From a virus, in IMG/VR virus record IMGVR_UViG_3300042090_002485, positions 96,001 through 160,000 of that record: DNA of 64,000 bases; one strand, given 5' to 3'. Made by a program: the position numbers and the translations under genes. This document shows, piece by piece, positions 54,165-61,655 of the stretch (positions within the stretch are counted from its first letter, which is position 1; every line of letters begins with the position of its first letter). The notes beneath the pieces are model-generated. The model was not told where the DNA came from. It saw only the letters and a list, made by a program, of their open reading frames with translations, and made no database searches.

Positions 54165-54166
54165 AC
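54152..54166 (+). promoter_or_regulatory. GTT-N6-ATAAAC element
   Basis: GTTCGCGCGATAAAC followed by ATCA, 29 nt upstream of ATG 54196. Confidence 0.6.
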
Positions 54167-54195
54167 ATCATCACAACAGGAAGGAGGCAACGAAC

Positions 54196-54411
54196 ATGTC
54201 CAAGCAGCTCAAGAGCACCGCCCCGTCCCGCTCCGTCATCGACGTCGGCCCCGGCGACTACATCAAGATCGGCTCGCACTGGGAGAAGATCACCTCGAAC
54301 AGTGCCCAGGGCGCGGAGCACACGCCGCGGAGCTGGAGCGTGCGCACCGAGCGCGGGGAGTACGGGATGTTCGGCATCAACCGGTACGCCAAAGCGGAGG
54401 ACCTCGAATGA
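54196..54411 (+). CDS. Small SH3/KOW-like protein (71 aa)
   Basis: AAGGAGG RBS; DVGPGDYIKIG..WEKI. Confidence 0.75.
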   Translation: MSKQLKSTAPSRSVIDVGPGDYIKIGSHWEKITSNSAQGAEHTPRSWSVRTERGEYGMFGINRYAKAEDLE

Positions 54412-54572
54412 ACGGTTGCTGCATGGCCTCGTGCGACGGACGTAGCCACGACCTCGAGTGCCGCTGGTATTGGCCTTGCGGCTGTCCTAAAGAACGACCT
54501 GCAGGGGCAAAGCGCGCAAAGCCACACGTGCATCGCTACGAAGAACCCGATGACAACGAGGACCTCGAGTGA
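54408..54572 (+). CDS. Small Cys-rich peptide (54 aa)
   Basis: MNGCCMASCDGRSHDLEC...CGC...; overlaps at both ends. Confidence 0.6.
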   Translation: MNGCCMASCDGRSHDLECRWYWPCGCPKERPAGAKRAKPHVHRYEEPDDNEDLE

Positions 54573-54802
54573 CGTTCGACGAAGACGACACCCGCATCCG
54601 TGTTCGCGCGGGCAATCACGCAGTGGTGCGTCGAGTCCGCGACGACTTCGTTCACCTCATCATTCCACGCCGGCGCGGCCCTGACGATGTCGCACTAACC
54701 GCGGCGTGCCATGCACCATGGGCGATGTGGACGTACGCCCGTGTGGACGCGCCGCTGACCTGTGTGTTGTGCATCGCATACGATATTCAATGCCCGTCAT
54801 GA
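54569..54802 (+). CDS. HCCC zinc-finger microprotein 33
   Basis: DDFVH...AAC...PLTCVLCIA. Confidence 0.72.
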   Translation: MTFDEDDTRIRVRAGNHAVVRRVRDDFVHLIIPRRRGPDDVALTAACHAPWAMWTYARVDAPLTCVLCIAYDIQCPS

Positions 54803-54987
54803 ACGTGTCGCTGCCGTCTCTCGAGGGCGATCGCGCGGTCGCCCCTGACGGCGTCGTTCATGTCTGGGACAAGCTAGTCGACGGCACGATCTGCGGCTCG
54901 CAGGTCGAATGGTGGCGATTCCGGCTCGTCAACAGGGACACGCTCGTGACGTGCGTGGGATGTGTCGCTCGTGCGCCCGCGGACTAA
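54799..54987 (+). CDS. HCCC zinc-finger microprotein 34
   Basis: PDGVVH...TICG...LVTCVGCVA. Confidence 0.72.
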   Translation: MNVSLPSLEGDRAVAPDGVVHVWDKLVDGTICGSQVEWWRFRLVNRDTLVTCVGCVARAPAD

Positions 54988-55177
54988 CAAATACACGCGC
55001 CCTGGCGACACCGTCGTGGATAGCACAGGCATCACGCACGTCGTCATAGACACCGACGCGTACTGGATATGGTCGCACTGCCTCGTTCGCGGGATGCCCC
55101 CCGACTGGCGCGTGCGCGACGTCGCACCAACGTGCGTGCTCTGCATCGCAAAGAGGATTCAACTTGGCACCTATTAA
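54962..55177 (+). CDS. HCCC zinc-finger microprotein 35
   Basis: DSTGITH...SHC...APTCVLCIA. Confidence 0.72.
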   Translation: MSLVRPRTNKYTRPGDTVVDSTGITHVVIDTDAYWIWSHCLVRGMPPDWRVRDVAPTCVLCIAKRIQLGTY

Positions 55178-55382
55178 CTGCTTCTATGCGATCGGGGACG
55201 TCGTCCACATCGCGCGTTGCACGATGAGCACGTGGCGGTTGTTGTGCTGGGACGACGGAGACATCCCGCTCGGCGAGTACGGCCCCGAACCCATACACCC
55301 TGGCCCGCCCACGTGCGCGGCGTGCGTCGGGCGTGCACCTCGGGACCTCTACGACATGCTGCTCGAGCCGTCCCGTGCCTAA
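55164..55382 (+). CDS. HCCC zinc-finger microprotein 36
   Basis: GDVVH...LLC...PPTCAACVG. Confidence 0.7.
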   Translation: MAPINCFYAIGDVVHIARCTMSTWRLLCWDDGDIPLGEYGPEPIHPGPPTCAACVGRAPRDLYDMLLEPSRA

Positions 55383-55587
55383 GCTCCCCGCCGATCACGT
55401 CGCGCCGCACACCGACGCCAAGGGCATCACGCACGTCGCGATCGTCTTCGACGGCAGCTGGGTCGTGCGCTGCAACTGGGTATACCTGGCGAGCTGGCAG
55501 GTCCAGGCGTCCATCGGAGCCGTGGTCACATGCGCGACCTGCGTGGCGCTCGCGCCAGACGTGTTCTACGAGAAGGAGAGGTACTGA
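55375..55587 (+). CDS. HCCC zinc-finger microprotein 37
   Basis: DAKGITH...VRC...VVTCATCVA. Confidence 0.72.
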   Translation: MPKLPADHVAPHTDAKGITHVAIVFDGSWVVRCNWVYLASWQVQASIGAVVTCATCVALAPDVFYEKERY

Positions 55588-55811
55588 TGGCACGCGCGGG
55601 TAACTACGACGAAACCCAGGGTGCCGCGGCATGGCGCACCACCGACGGCCTCATTCACGTTGTGACCGCGATGCGACGAGACAAGGGGTGGCAGCAGTTG
55701 TGCCGTGTCCACGGGCTCGACGTCGGCAAGACGCTGCCTGGAGACCGTTCGGACCATCTAGTCACGTGCGTCCGCTGCATCGCACAGCTAATCTACCTGG
55801 CGGCGTTGTGA
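55587..55811 (+). CDS. HCCC zinc-finger microprotein 38
   Basis: WRTTDGLIH...QLC...LVTCVRCIA. Confidence 0.75.
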   Translation: MARAGNYDETQGAAAWRTTDGLIHVVTAMRRDKGWQQLCRVHGLDVGKTLPGDRSDHLVTCVRCIAQLIYLAAL

Positions 55812-56014
55812 GGCGTGTCCTGCCCGGGCACCGCGTCGCATGTCCCGATGGCTTGGTTCACCTTGTGTACGAGGTCGATATCAGCCCTCCACGGATCTAC
55901 GTGCACTGCCCAAACGACTTTCCGCGGAACCGCGTGCAGATCGTGCTGACGCAACCGCTGACGTGCGTGGTGTGCTTGACCTGCGAGCTGCGCGGAGATG
56001 CCGATGACCCGTGA
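55808..56014 (+). CDS. HCCC zinc-finger microprotein 39
   Basis: PDGLVH...VHC...PLTCVVCLT. Confidence 0.72.
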   Translation: MRRVLPGHRVACPDGLVHLVYEVDISPPRIYVHCPNDFPRNRVQIVLTQPLTCVVCLTCELRGDADDP

Positions 56015-56186
56015 TGGTGCAGGACGGCGTGTTGCCTCGTACGGTCTCATCCACATCGTGGATTTCTTTCTCTTCGGAGACGCTGTTACGTTGTGCAACG
56101 TCACCCCTCTCAACATCGACGAATGGGAGTACTCTCGTCGCCGTACCACATGCGTGCTGTGCATCGCACTGGAGAACAAACAATGA
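55998..56186 (+). CDS. HCCC zinc-finger microprotein 40
   Basis: SYGLIH...TLC...RTTCVLCIA. Confidence 0.72.
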   Translation: MPMTRDGAGRRVASYGLIHIVDFFLFGDAVTLCNVTPLNIDEWEYSRRRTTCVLCIALENKQ

Positions 56187-56662
56187 ACGAACACATGGAC
56201 GAACAAGAACATCAACGACTCCACCAAGAAGCCAACCAGATGATCTGCGACCTGCTCAACAGGTTCGCCGACGAAGCACAGCTGGCCATGCACGCGCGCT
56301 TCAACTGCCCGGAGTCGGATGAATCGCCCGAGGCGCGCCGGCGGCGCGACTGCATCTCGCAAGAGGTCCACGGCGCGCTTGCGCAGGCCACGGGCGCGAT
56401 GGAGGGGTTCCTCGTCGCACGCGGCGCCGAAGCGCTAGAGGCGTACCGGGATCGTGTCCGGTCGTTCATGAACGGCTACGTCACCGGGCTGCGCGCCGGC
56501 GGCGTACCCGCGGAGCAGATCCCGGCGGTGATCAACCAGATCGGTGCGACGATGGTCGAAGCGGGAACGCCAATGGCGCCCGCATCGCAGGAGCCGATAC
56601 GTCGGTCAGGGAGGCCACTGCGTGAGGTGATGGCGGGGCGGCGGCACCGGAGACGGCGATGA
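56183..56662 (+). CDS. Hypothetical helical protein (159 aa)
   Basis: GGAG RBS, ATGA overlap. Confidence 0.7.
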   Translation: MNEHMDEQEHQRLHQEANQMICDLLNRFADEAQLAMHARFNCPESDESPEARRRRDCISQEVHGALAQATGAMEGFLVARGAEALEAYRDRVRSFMNGYVTGLRAGGVPAEQIPAVINQIGATMVEAGTPMAPASQEPIRRSGRPLREVMAGRRHRRRR

Positions 56663-56844
56663 TGCGACCGTATCGCATACGCGACGGCTTCGGTGTCGTG
56701 CACATCGAAAGTCTTCTCGCCGGGTATCCGCTGTGCAACCGGGAGCGTCGCCTGTTCGACGCCGACATCATTGGTCGCGAGGCCCTTGTCACCTGCGCCA
56801 GCTGCATCGGCGCGGCCCTCAACACCACTAGGAACGCCACATGA
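56659..56844 (+). CDS. HCCC zinc-finger microprotein 41
   Basis: DGFGVVH...PLC...LVTCASCIG. Confidence 0.75.
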   Translation: MMRPYRIRDGFGVVHIESLLAGYPLCNRERRLFDADIIGREALVTCASCIGAALNTTRNAT

Positions 56845-57038
56845 AGATCCACATCGACCTAGCACTCGCCCTGCTCAACCTCATCCACAAACTCGTGTTC
56901 GCGCTGCTCAAGCTGTCCAACATGATCCTCGCTTGGACGCAAGCTGCGAATCAGCGTAAGCGCGAAGCGACGCGACCGGCGCCCGCCCCGCCTGCGTGGT
57001 TCGAGCCGCAGCGTGGCGCCCCGTTGCTCACCAATTAA
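56841..57038 (+). CDS. Small hydrophobic protein (65 aa)
   Basis: Leu-rich N-terminal helix; ATGA overlap. Confidence 0.6.
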   Translation: MKIHIDLALALLNLIHKLVFALLKLSNMILAWTQAANQRKREATRPAPAPPAWFEPQRGAPLLTN

Positions 57039-57056
57039 CCCCACAACTGGATTCCC

Positions 57057-57179
57057 ATGACCCAAGCGCTCATCATCGCGGCCACCTTCATCGCGACCTT
57101 CCTCGAAGCCATCCTCGCATTGCTACTGGGCGACGACCAACCAGTGGTCGTGCATAAACCGGCGGCCTTCTACGATTGA
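57057..57179 (+). CDS. Small membrane peptide (40 aa)
   Basis: MTQALIIAATFIATFLEAILALLLG...; its stop abuts the stop of the convergent gene. Confidence 0.55.
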   Translation: MTQALIIAATFIATFLEAILALLLGDDQPVVVHKPAAFYD

Positions 57180-59705
57180 TCACGTACGAGGTTTCGCCGT
57201 ACCTGTAACCATACCGCCAGGACGGACAGCGCCCGTGACCGTATCGGCTTCCAGGGCACGTGCTGTTCCAGCCACGCTAGTTTTTTGCGTTGACCCCGTA
57301 ACTGTCTCGGGTTGTGCCAGAACTGCAGTTCCCGCAACCGCAGCGGAACGCACCGCGGCGGCAATCACCGTCGCAGGTACATCAGGCGCAACGACGTAGC
57401 CCATCTGCGCCGTGACCGTGCCTTGGTGCGTGTGCACCTCGTTGACCTGGTCGCTCGGTGCCCGCAGCGCCTCGGCGACCGCACGGGCGCCGACGAATAC
57501 CCGCGCCACGGCGTCGGTGATGGTCGGCAGCGTCTCCGTTGGCGCGCGGAAGAACGCAGCCACGCCCGCAACGGCGTCGGACAAGGTCGGCAGCGTCTCG
57601 ACAATGGCGCGACGCGCTGCGGTCACTCGAGCGATGGCGTCGGTCGGCCTGGGCAGCGCCTCGGCAAGCGCGCGGGCGCCGATGAACGTGCGCGCGATGG
57701 CGTCGGACGGCGCGGGCAGTGTCTCAGCGACCGCGCGCGAAAATGCAGCAACAGCCGCAACCGCGTCGGTCAGCGTCGGCAGCGTTTCTGTCAGCGCTCG
57801 AACCACGCTCCCCGTGCTCGAAACGGCGTCGGACAGCGACGGCAGTGCCTCGGCGATCGCTCGAGCACCAACGAACGCTCGCGCGATGGCGTCGGTCGGC
57901 TTGGGCAACGCCTCGGCGATTGCCCGCGGGAACGTCGCAACAGCTGTGACGGCGTCGGTGACGGTTGGCAGAGTCTCGGCGATTGCCCGCGGGAACCTCG
58001 CGACCATCGCAACCGCGTCGCTCGGTGTTGGCAGGGTCTCCGTGATCGTGCGCGCGCCGACGAACACCCGCGCGACGGAGTCGGTGAGCGTCGGCAGCGT
58101 CTCGGCAACCGCGCGGGTGTAAGCTACGGCGCGCGCGAGCGCGTCGGTCACTGTTGGCAGTGTTTCTGCGAGGTTGCGCGTCCCGACGAAGACCCGTGCG
58201 ACGGCGTCGGTGACAGTCGGCAAGGTCTCCGCGACCGCGCGCGAACCGACGAACACCCGCGCGACGGCGTCGGTGAGCGTCGGCAACGTCTCGCCGATGC
58301 TGCGCGTGAAGCTCCCCGAAGACGATTCGCTCACGCTGTCGAATATGGTCGGCAGGGTTTCGGCGATCGCGCGCGCGCCAACGAACATGCGGGCCACCGC
58401 ATCAGTGGGCGTCGGCAGCGTCTCTGCAATGGCGCGTGCGAGGACTTGCTGGATGGCAACGGCGTCCGTCGGGGTCGGCAACGTCTCGGCCACGGCACGA
58501 TCAAACGCGGCGATCCGCGCAACCGCATCGGCGAGCGTCGGCAGCGTTTCGCTGATCGCTCGAGTCAGGGCTTGCTGCGCGGCGATCGCGTCGGTGAGCG
58601 TCGACAACGTCTCCGCGATCGCCCGTGTGAACACCACAACAGCAACGACAGCGTCGGTGAGCGTCGGCAGCGTCTCCGAGATCGCACGCGACAATCCTTG
58701 CGACGCTGTGACGGCGTCGGTGAGCGTCGGCAGCGTCTCAGCGATCGCTCGAGCACCGGCGAACACCCGCGCGACAGCGTCGGTCGGCGTCGGCAGCGTC
58801 TCGGCGATCGCTCGAGCGCCCACAAACATGCGGGCGACGGCGTCGGTGACGGTCGGCAGGGTCTCGCCGATGGTCGCAATGTTCTGCACCGCGCGCGACA
58901 CGGAGTCGCTGACGGTCGTCAAGGTCTCGCTGATGCCTCGAGTGCCGACGAAAACGCGCGCGATGGCGTCGGTCAAGGTCGGCAGGGTCTCAGCAATCGC
59001 TCGAGCACCGATGAATTGCCGCGCAACGGCATCGGTCGGCGTTGACAGGGTCTCAGCGAGGGCTCGTGCGAGGACTTGTTGGGTCGAAACGGCGTCTGTG
59101 ACCGTCGGCAGGGTCTCCGCGATGGCTCGCGCACCGATAAACTGCCGCGCAACGGCATCGGTCGGCGTTGACAGGGTCTCAGCGATGGCTCGTGCGAGGA
59201 CTTGTTGGATCGAAACGGCGTCTGTGACCGTCGGCAGGGTCTCAGCGATGGCTCGGCTGAAGGACGCCTGCCGAGCGACGGCGTCAGTCGGCGTCGGCAG
59301 GGTCTCCGCGATGGCTCGCGCACCGATGAACTGCCGCGCAACGGCGTCGGTCAGCGTCGGCAGCGTTTCAGCAATCGCTCGGACGCCGATGAACTGCCGC
59401 GCAACGGCGTCGGTTGGCGTCGGCAGGGTCTCCGCGAGCGCACGCGCGTAGACCACCTGCCGCGAAACCGTGTCGGTCAGGGTTGGCAGCGTCTCGGCGA
59501 TCGCTCGAGCACCGATGAACTGCCGCGCGATGGCGTCGGTTGGCGTCGGTACGGTCTCGGCGATCGCGCGCGCCAGGACCTGCTGGATCGCGACCGAATC
59601 GGTGAGCGTCGGTAGCGTCTCGGCGATCGACTCGACGTAGTTGTGCGCGCCGCCCGGGATCGCCGAGATGGGTGCTGAGGAGATTGGTCCAAAGCCAAGG
59701 GCCAT
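57180..59705 (-). CDS. Fibre/spike-like virion protein built from about 35 tandem 21-aa repeats (841 aa)
   Basis: Repeat consensus AIAETLPTxTDAVARxFxGAR; N-terminus MALGFGPISSAPISA is of a type seen in phage tail-associated proteins. Confidence 0.8.
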   Translation of the reverse strand: MALGFGPISSAPISAIPGGAHNYVESIAETLPTLTDSVAIQQVLARAIAETVPTPTDAIARQFIGARAIAETLPTLTDTVSRQVVYARALAETLPTPTDAVARQFIGVRAIAETLPTLTDAVARQFIGARAIAETLPTPTDAVARQASFSRAIAETLPTVTDAVSIQQVLARAIAETLSTPTDAVARQFIGARAIAETLPTVTDAVSTQQVLARALAETLSTPTDAVARQFIGARAIAETLPTLTDAIARVFVGTRGISETLTTVSDSVSRAVQNIATIGETLPTVTDAVARMFVGARAIAETLPTPTDAVARVFAGARAIAETLPTLTDAVTASQGLSRAISETLPTLTDAVVAVVVFTRAIAETLSTLTDAIAAQQALTRAISETLPTLADAVARIAAFDRAVAETLPTPTDAVAIQQVLARAIAETLPTPTDAVARMFVGARAIAETLPTIFDSVSESSSGSFTRSIGETLPTLTDAVARVFVGSRAVAETLPTVTDAVARVFVGTRNLAETLPTVTDALARAVAYTRAVAETLPTLTDSVARVFVGARTITETLPTPSDAVAMVARFPRAIAETLPTVTDAVTAVATFPRAIAEALPKPTDAIARAFVGARAIAEALPSLSDAVSSTGSVVRALTETLPTLTDAVAAVAAFSRAVAETLPAPSDAIARTFIGARALAEALPRPTDAIARVTAARRAIVETLPTLSDAVAGVAAFFRAPTETLPTITDAVARVFVGARAVAEALRAPSDQVNEVHTHQGTVTAQMGYVVAPDVPATVIAAAVRSAAVAGTAVLAQPETVTGSTQKTSVAGTARALEADTVTGAVRPGGMVTGTAKPRT
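58981..59232. repeat. Near-identical 126-bp tandem duplication within the repeat gene
   Basis: 58981-59106 vs 59107-59232 align with few substitutions (42-aa double unit). Confidence 0.8.
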
Positions 59706-59708
59706 CGT

Positions 59709-60677
59709 TCACCACCACATCAAGTAGATGAACCCTGGCCCGCCCGGCCCGCCCGCGCCACCCGTCCCGCCCGACGTGCCGCCGCCGCCGCCACCGCCGC
59801 CGCCGCCGCAACCCCACGCGCCTTGCCCGCCTGCGCCAGCAGCACCACTGACCTGCCCGCCGCCGCCGGTGCCGCCCATGCCCCCGAAGAGCTGTCCGGG
59901 AAAGTCAGCGTAGGTCCCCGCGAGCTGCGCGAGCGTGTTGACGTTGAACCCGGGATTACCGTTGTGCCCGACAGCGCCGCCAGCGATTTGCTGGACCAAG
60001 CCAAGCCCTGCCTGGTTGCCGCCGGCACCCGCAGTAGTCGACGAGCTGGCTCCGCCACCGCCCGTGCCTCCTGTGAAGGGCTGCCCGCCGCCACCCCAGC
60101 CGCCGTTGGCCCCTGCGGTACCTGTACTAGCACCACCCGACTTTCCGGTGTCACCGCTGATCGTGTTGTAGTAGAGCGCCCAGCCCAGATAGACCGGCAG
60201 CGGCGCGGTCATGACCCCGTTGGAGCCGCCCGTGCCCGCGGTCGTCGACGATCCACCGCCGCCGCCCGTGGCCGCTATTCCTGTCCAGAGGATAAGGTCT
60301 GCCGATGTTGTTGTGGGACCGTCGGAGAGATAGGACGCGATGCCGCTACTACCGGTCACGCCCGTGCTGCCCGCTGCGCCGCCGGCGCCGCCCGCGCCTG
60401 CGAGATAGTGGATCCGGCGCGGCAGAAAGCGCGTCGGTATACACATCGTCGCGAGACCGCCCGAGCCCCCACCGCCGCCGCCGCACGCCGCCGTCGCCGC
60501 GCCACTTGTAGCACCGCCGCCGCCACCGCCACCACCCGATGCGAGTGCTGCGAACAGCCATGACGCGTTGCGCGGAATCACCAACGTCCGCCAGCCCGAT
60601 GACGTCGCGGTCGCATAGCCTGGAACGAACAGGCTGTTCATTCGGCGCGGGCTGAACTTGTCGACGATGTCAAACAC
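59709..60677 (-). CDS. Glycine-rich virion protein, paralog C (322 aa)
   Basis: IPRNASW...GGGGGG...IPTRFLPR...GGPGFIYLMWW. Confidence 0.8.
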   Translation of the reverse strand: MFDIVDKFSPRRMNSLFVPGYATATSSGWRTLVIPRNASWLFAALASGGGGGGGGATSGAATAACGGGGGGSGGLATMCIPTRFLPRRIHYLAGAGGAGGAAGSTGVTGSSGIASYLSDGPTTTSADLILWTGIAATGGGGGSSTTAGTGGSNGVMTAPLPVYLGWALYYNTISGDTGKSGGASTGTAGANGGWGGGGQPFTGGTGGGGASSSTTAGAGGNQAGLGLVQQIAGGAVGHNGNPGFNVNTLAQLAGTYADFPGQLFGGMGGTGGGGQVSGAAGAGGQGAWGCGGGGGGGGGGTSGGTGGAGGPGGPGFIYLMWW

Positions 60678-60680
60678 CGA

Positions 60681-61652
60681 TCACCACCAACACACGTAGA
60701 TGAAGCCGGGGCCACCCGCGCCACTCTTGCCACCGGTGCCACCTGAGGTGCCGCCTGCGCCGCCGCCGCCTGCGCCGCCACAACCAAGCCCGCCTTGACC
60801 GCCAGCGCCACCGGTACCCGTCGCAACAGCGGCTCCGCCCGCGCCACCCGTGAAGGCGAACAGCTCCCATGGCCAATCGCCGATCTGGAGCCCCGCGCTG
60901 GCGGGGATGAACACGCCAGAATTGAACCCTTGGCTGCCTGCCTTGTTCACGTTCGAGATCAAGCCCGCCGCGACAGACGGGACTAGGCCCGCCCCTGTAA
61001 TCGCCCCGCCACTTCCTTGCGTTGTCGACGTGTTGGTGCCGCCGCCGCCCGCCCCGCCCGACACGATGAGGCCAGCGCCACCCCAGGTCACGCCGGTACC
61101 GTTGGTTCCTGACGTCGTGCCGCCGCTCCCGCCTGCCTGGCCCGCGATCGCAGTGAACACACCAAGCGTAGAGAACGCCGCGTTATTGCCTGTCGAGACG
61201 GTCTCAGCAACACCGGAGGAGCCTGCAGCGGTTCCGCCTCCAGCAGCTGCCGAACCGGAGACAAGCACGATGTCGCTCGCGTTCGGACTCGAGGCGGGCT
61301 CCGCCGAGATGAACGAGCGAACGCCTGCGCTACCATTCGCACCAGCCGTTGCGGCAACACCACCTGCGCCGGGCGAGAAGTACAACTCGCGCGGCAGGAA
61401 CCGCGCTGGGATGAGAAGCGATGCAGACGCGCCTGACCCGCCCCCGCCGCCGCCGGTAGCTGCGACACCCGCCCCTTTCGTTTGCCCGCCACCACCGCTG
61501 GCACCGCCACCCTGAGTGACCAAGAACACCATGCTGGCGTTGCGGGGGACCAACCACGGTTCCCAACCCGTGGCGTTGGTGACCATGCCGCCAACGATCC
61601 ACACCTGCTCGGTGACGCGCGGGTTGAAAGAAGGCTTGGCAGGAAATCCCAT
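60681..61652 (-). CDS. Glycine-rich virion protein, paralog B (323 aa)
   Basis: VPRNASM...GGGGGSG...IPARFLPR...GGPGFIYVCWW. Confidence 0.8.
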   Translation of the reverse strand: MGFPAKPSFNPRVTEQVWIVGGMVTNATGWEPWLVPRNASMVFLVTQGGGASGGGGQTKGAGVAATGGGGGGSGASASLLIPARFLPRELYFSPGAGGVAATAGANGSAGVRSFISAEPASSPNASDIVLVSGSAAAGGGTAAGSSGVAETVSTGNNAAFSTLGVFTAIAGQAGGSGGTTSGTNGTGVTWGGAGLIVSGGAGGGGTNTSTTQGSGGAITGAGLVPSVAAGLISNVNKAGSQGFNSGVFIPASAGLQIGDWPWELFAFTGGAGGAAVATGTGGAGGQGGLGCGGAGGGGAGGTSGGTGGKSGAGGPGFIYVCWW

Positions 61653-61655
61653 GGG

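Noticed and set aside
54395-54572. Two consecutive small genes both ending EDLE (gaggacctcga)
   Set aside because: An 11-nt match with no further similarity; probably chance.
21850-56810. CRISPR or other spaced DNA repeat array from recurring GTGACGTGCGT
   Set aside because: The repeats are 11 nt, irregularly spaced and always encode the VTCV motif in frame.
39440-56844. Diversity-generating retroelement as the source of finger diversity
   Set aside because: No reverse transcriptase in the window and no template/variable repeat pair differing only at adenines; variation includes indels and all bases. An RT elsewhere in the genome cannot be excluded.
39440-56844. Integron-like cassette array (GTT...AAC resembles attC core sites)
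   Set aside because: Most small genes overlap each other, leaving no room for attC sites; the motif occurs only at some junctions; no integrase seen.
57312-59451. Long plus-strand ORFs (577 and 425 aa) over the repeat gene
   Set aside because: Shadows produced by the stop-free repetitive antisense sequence.
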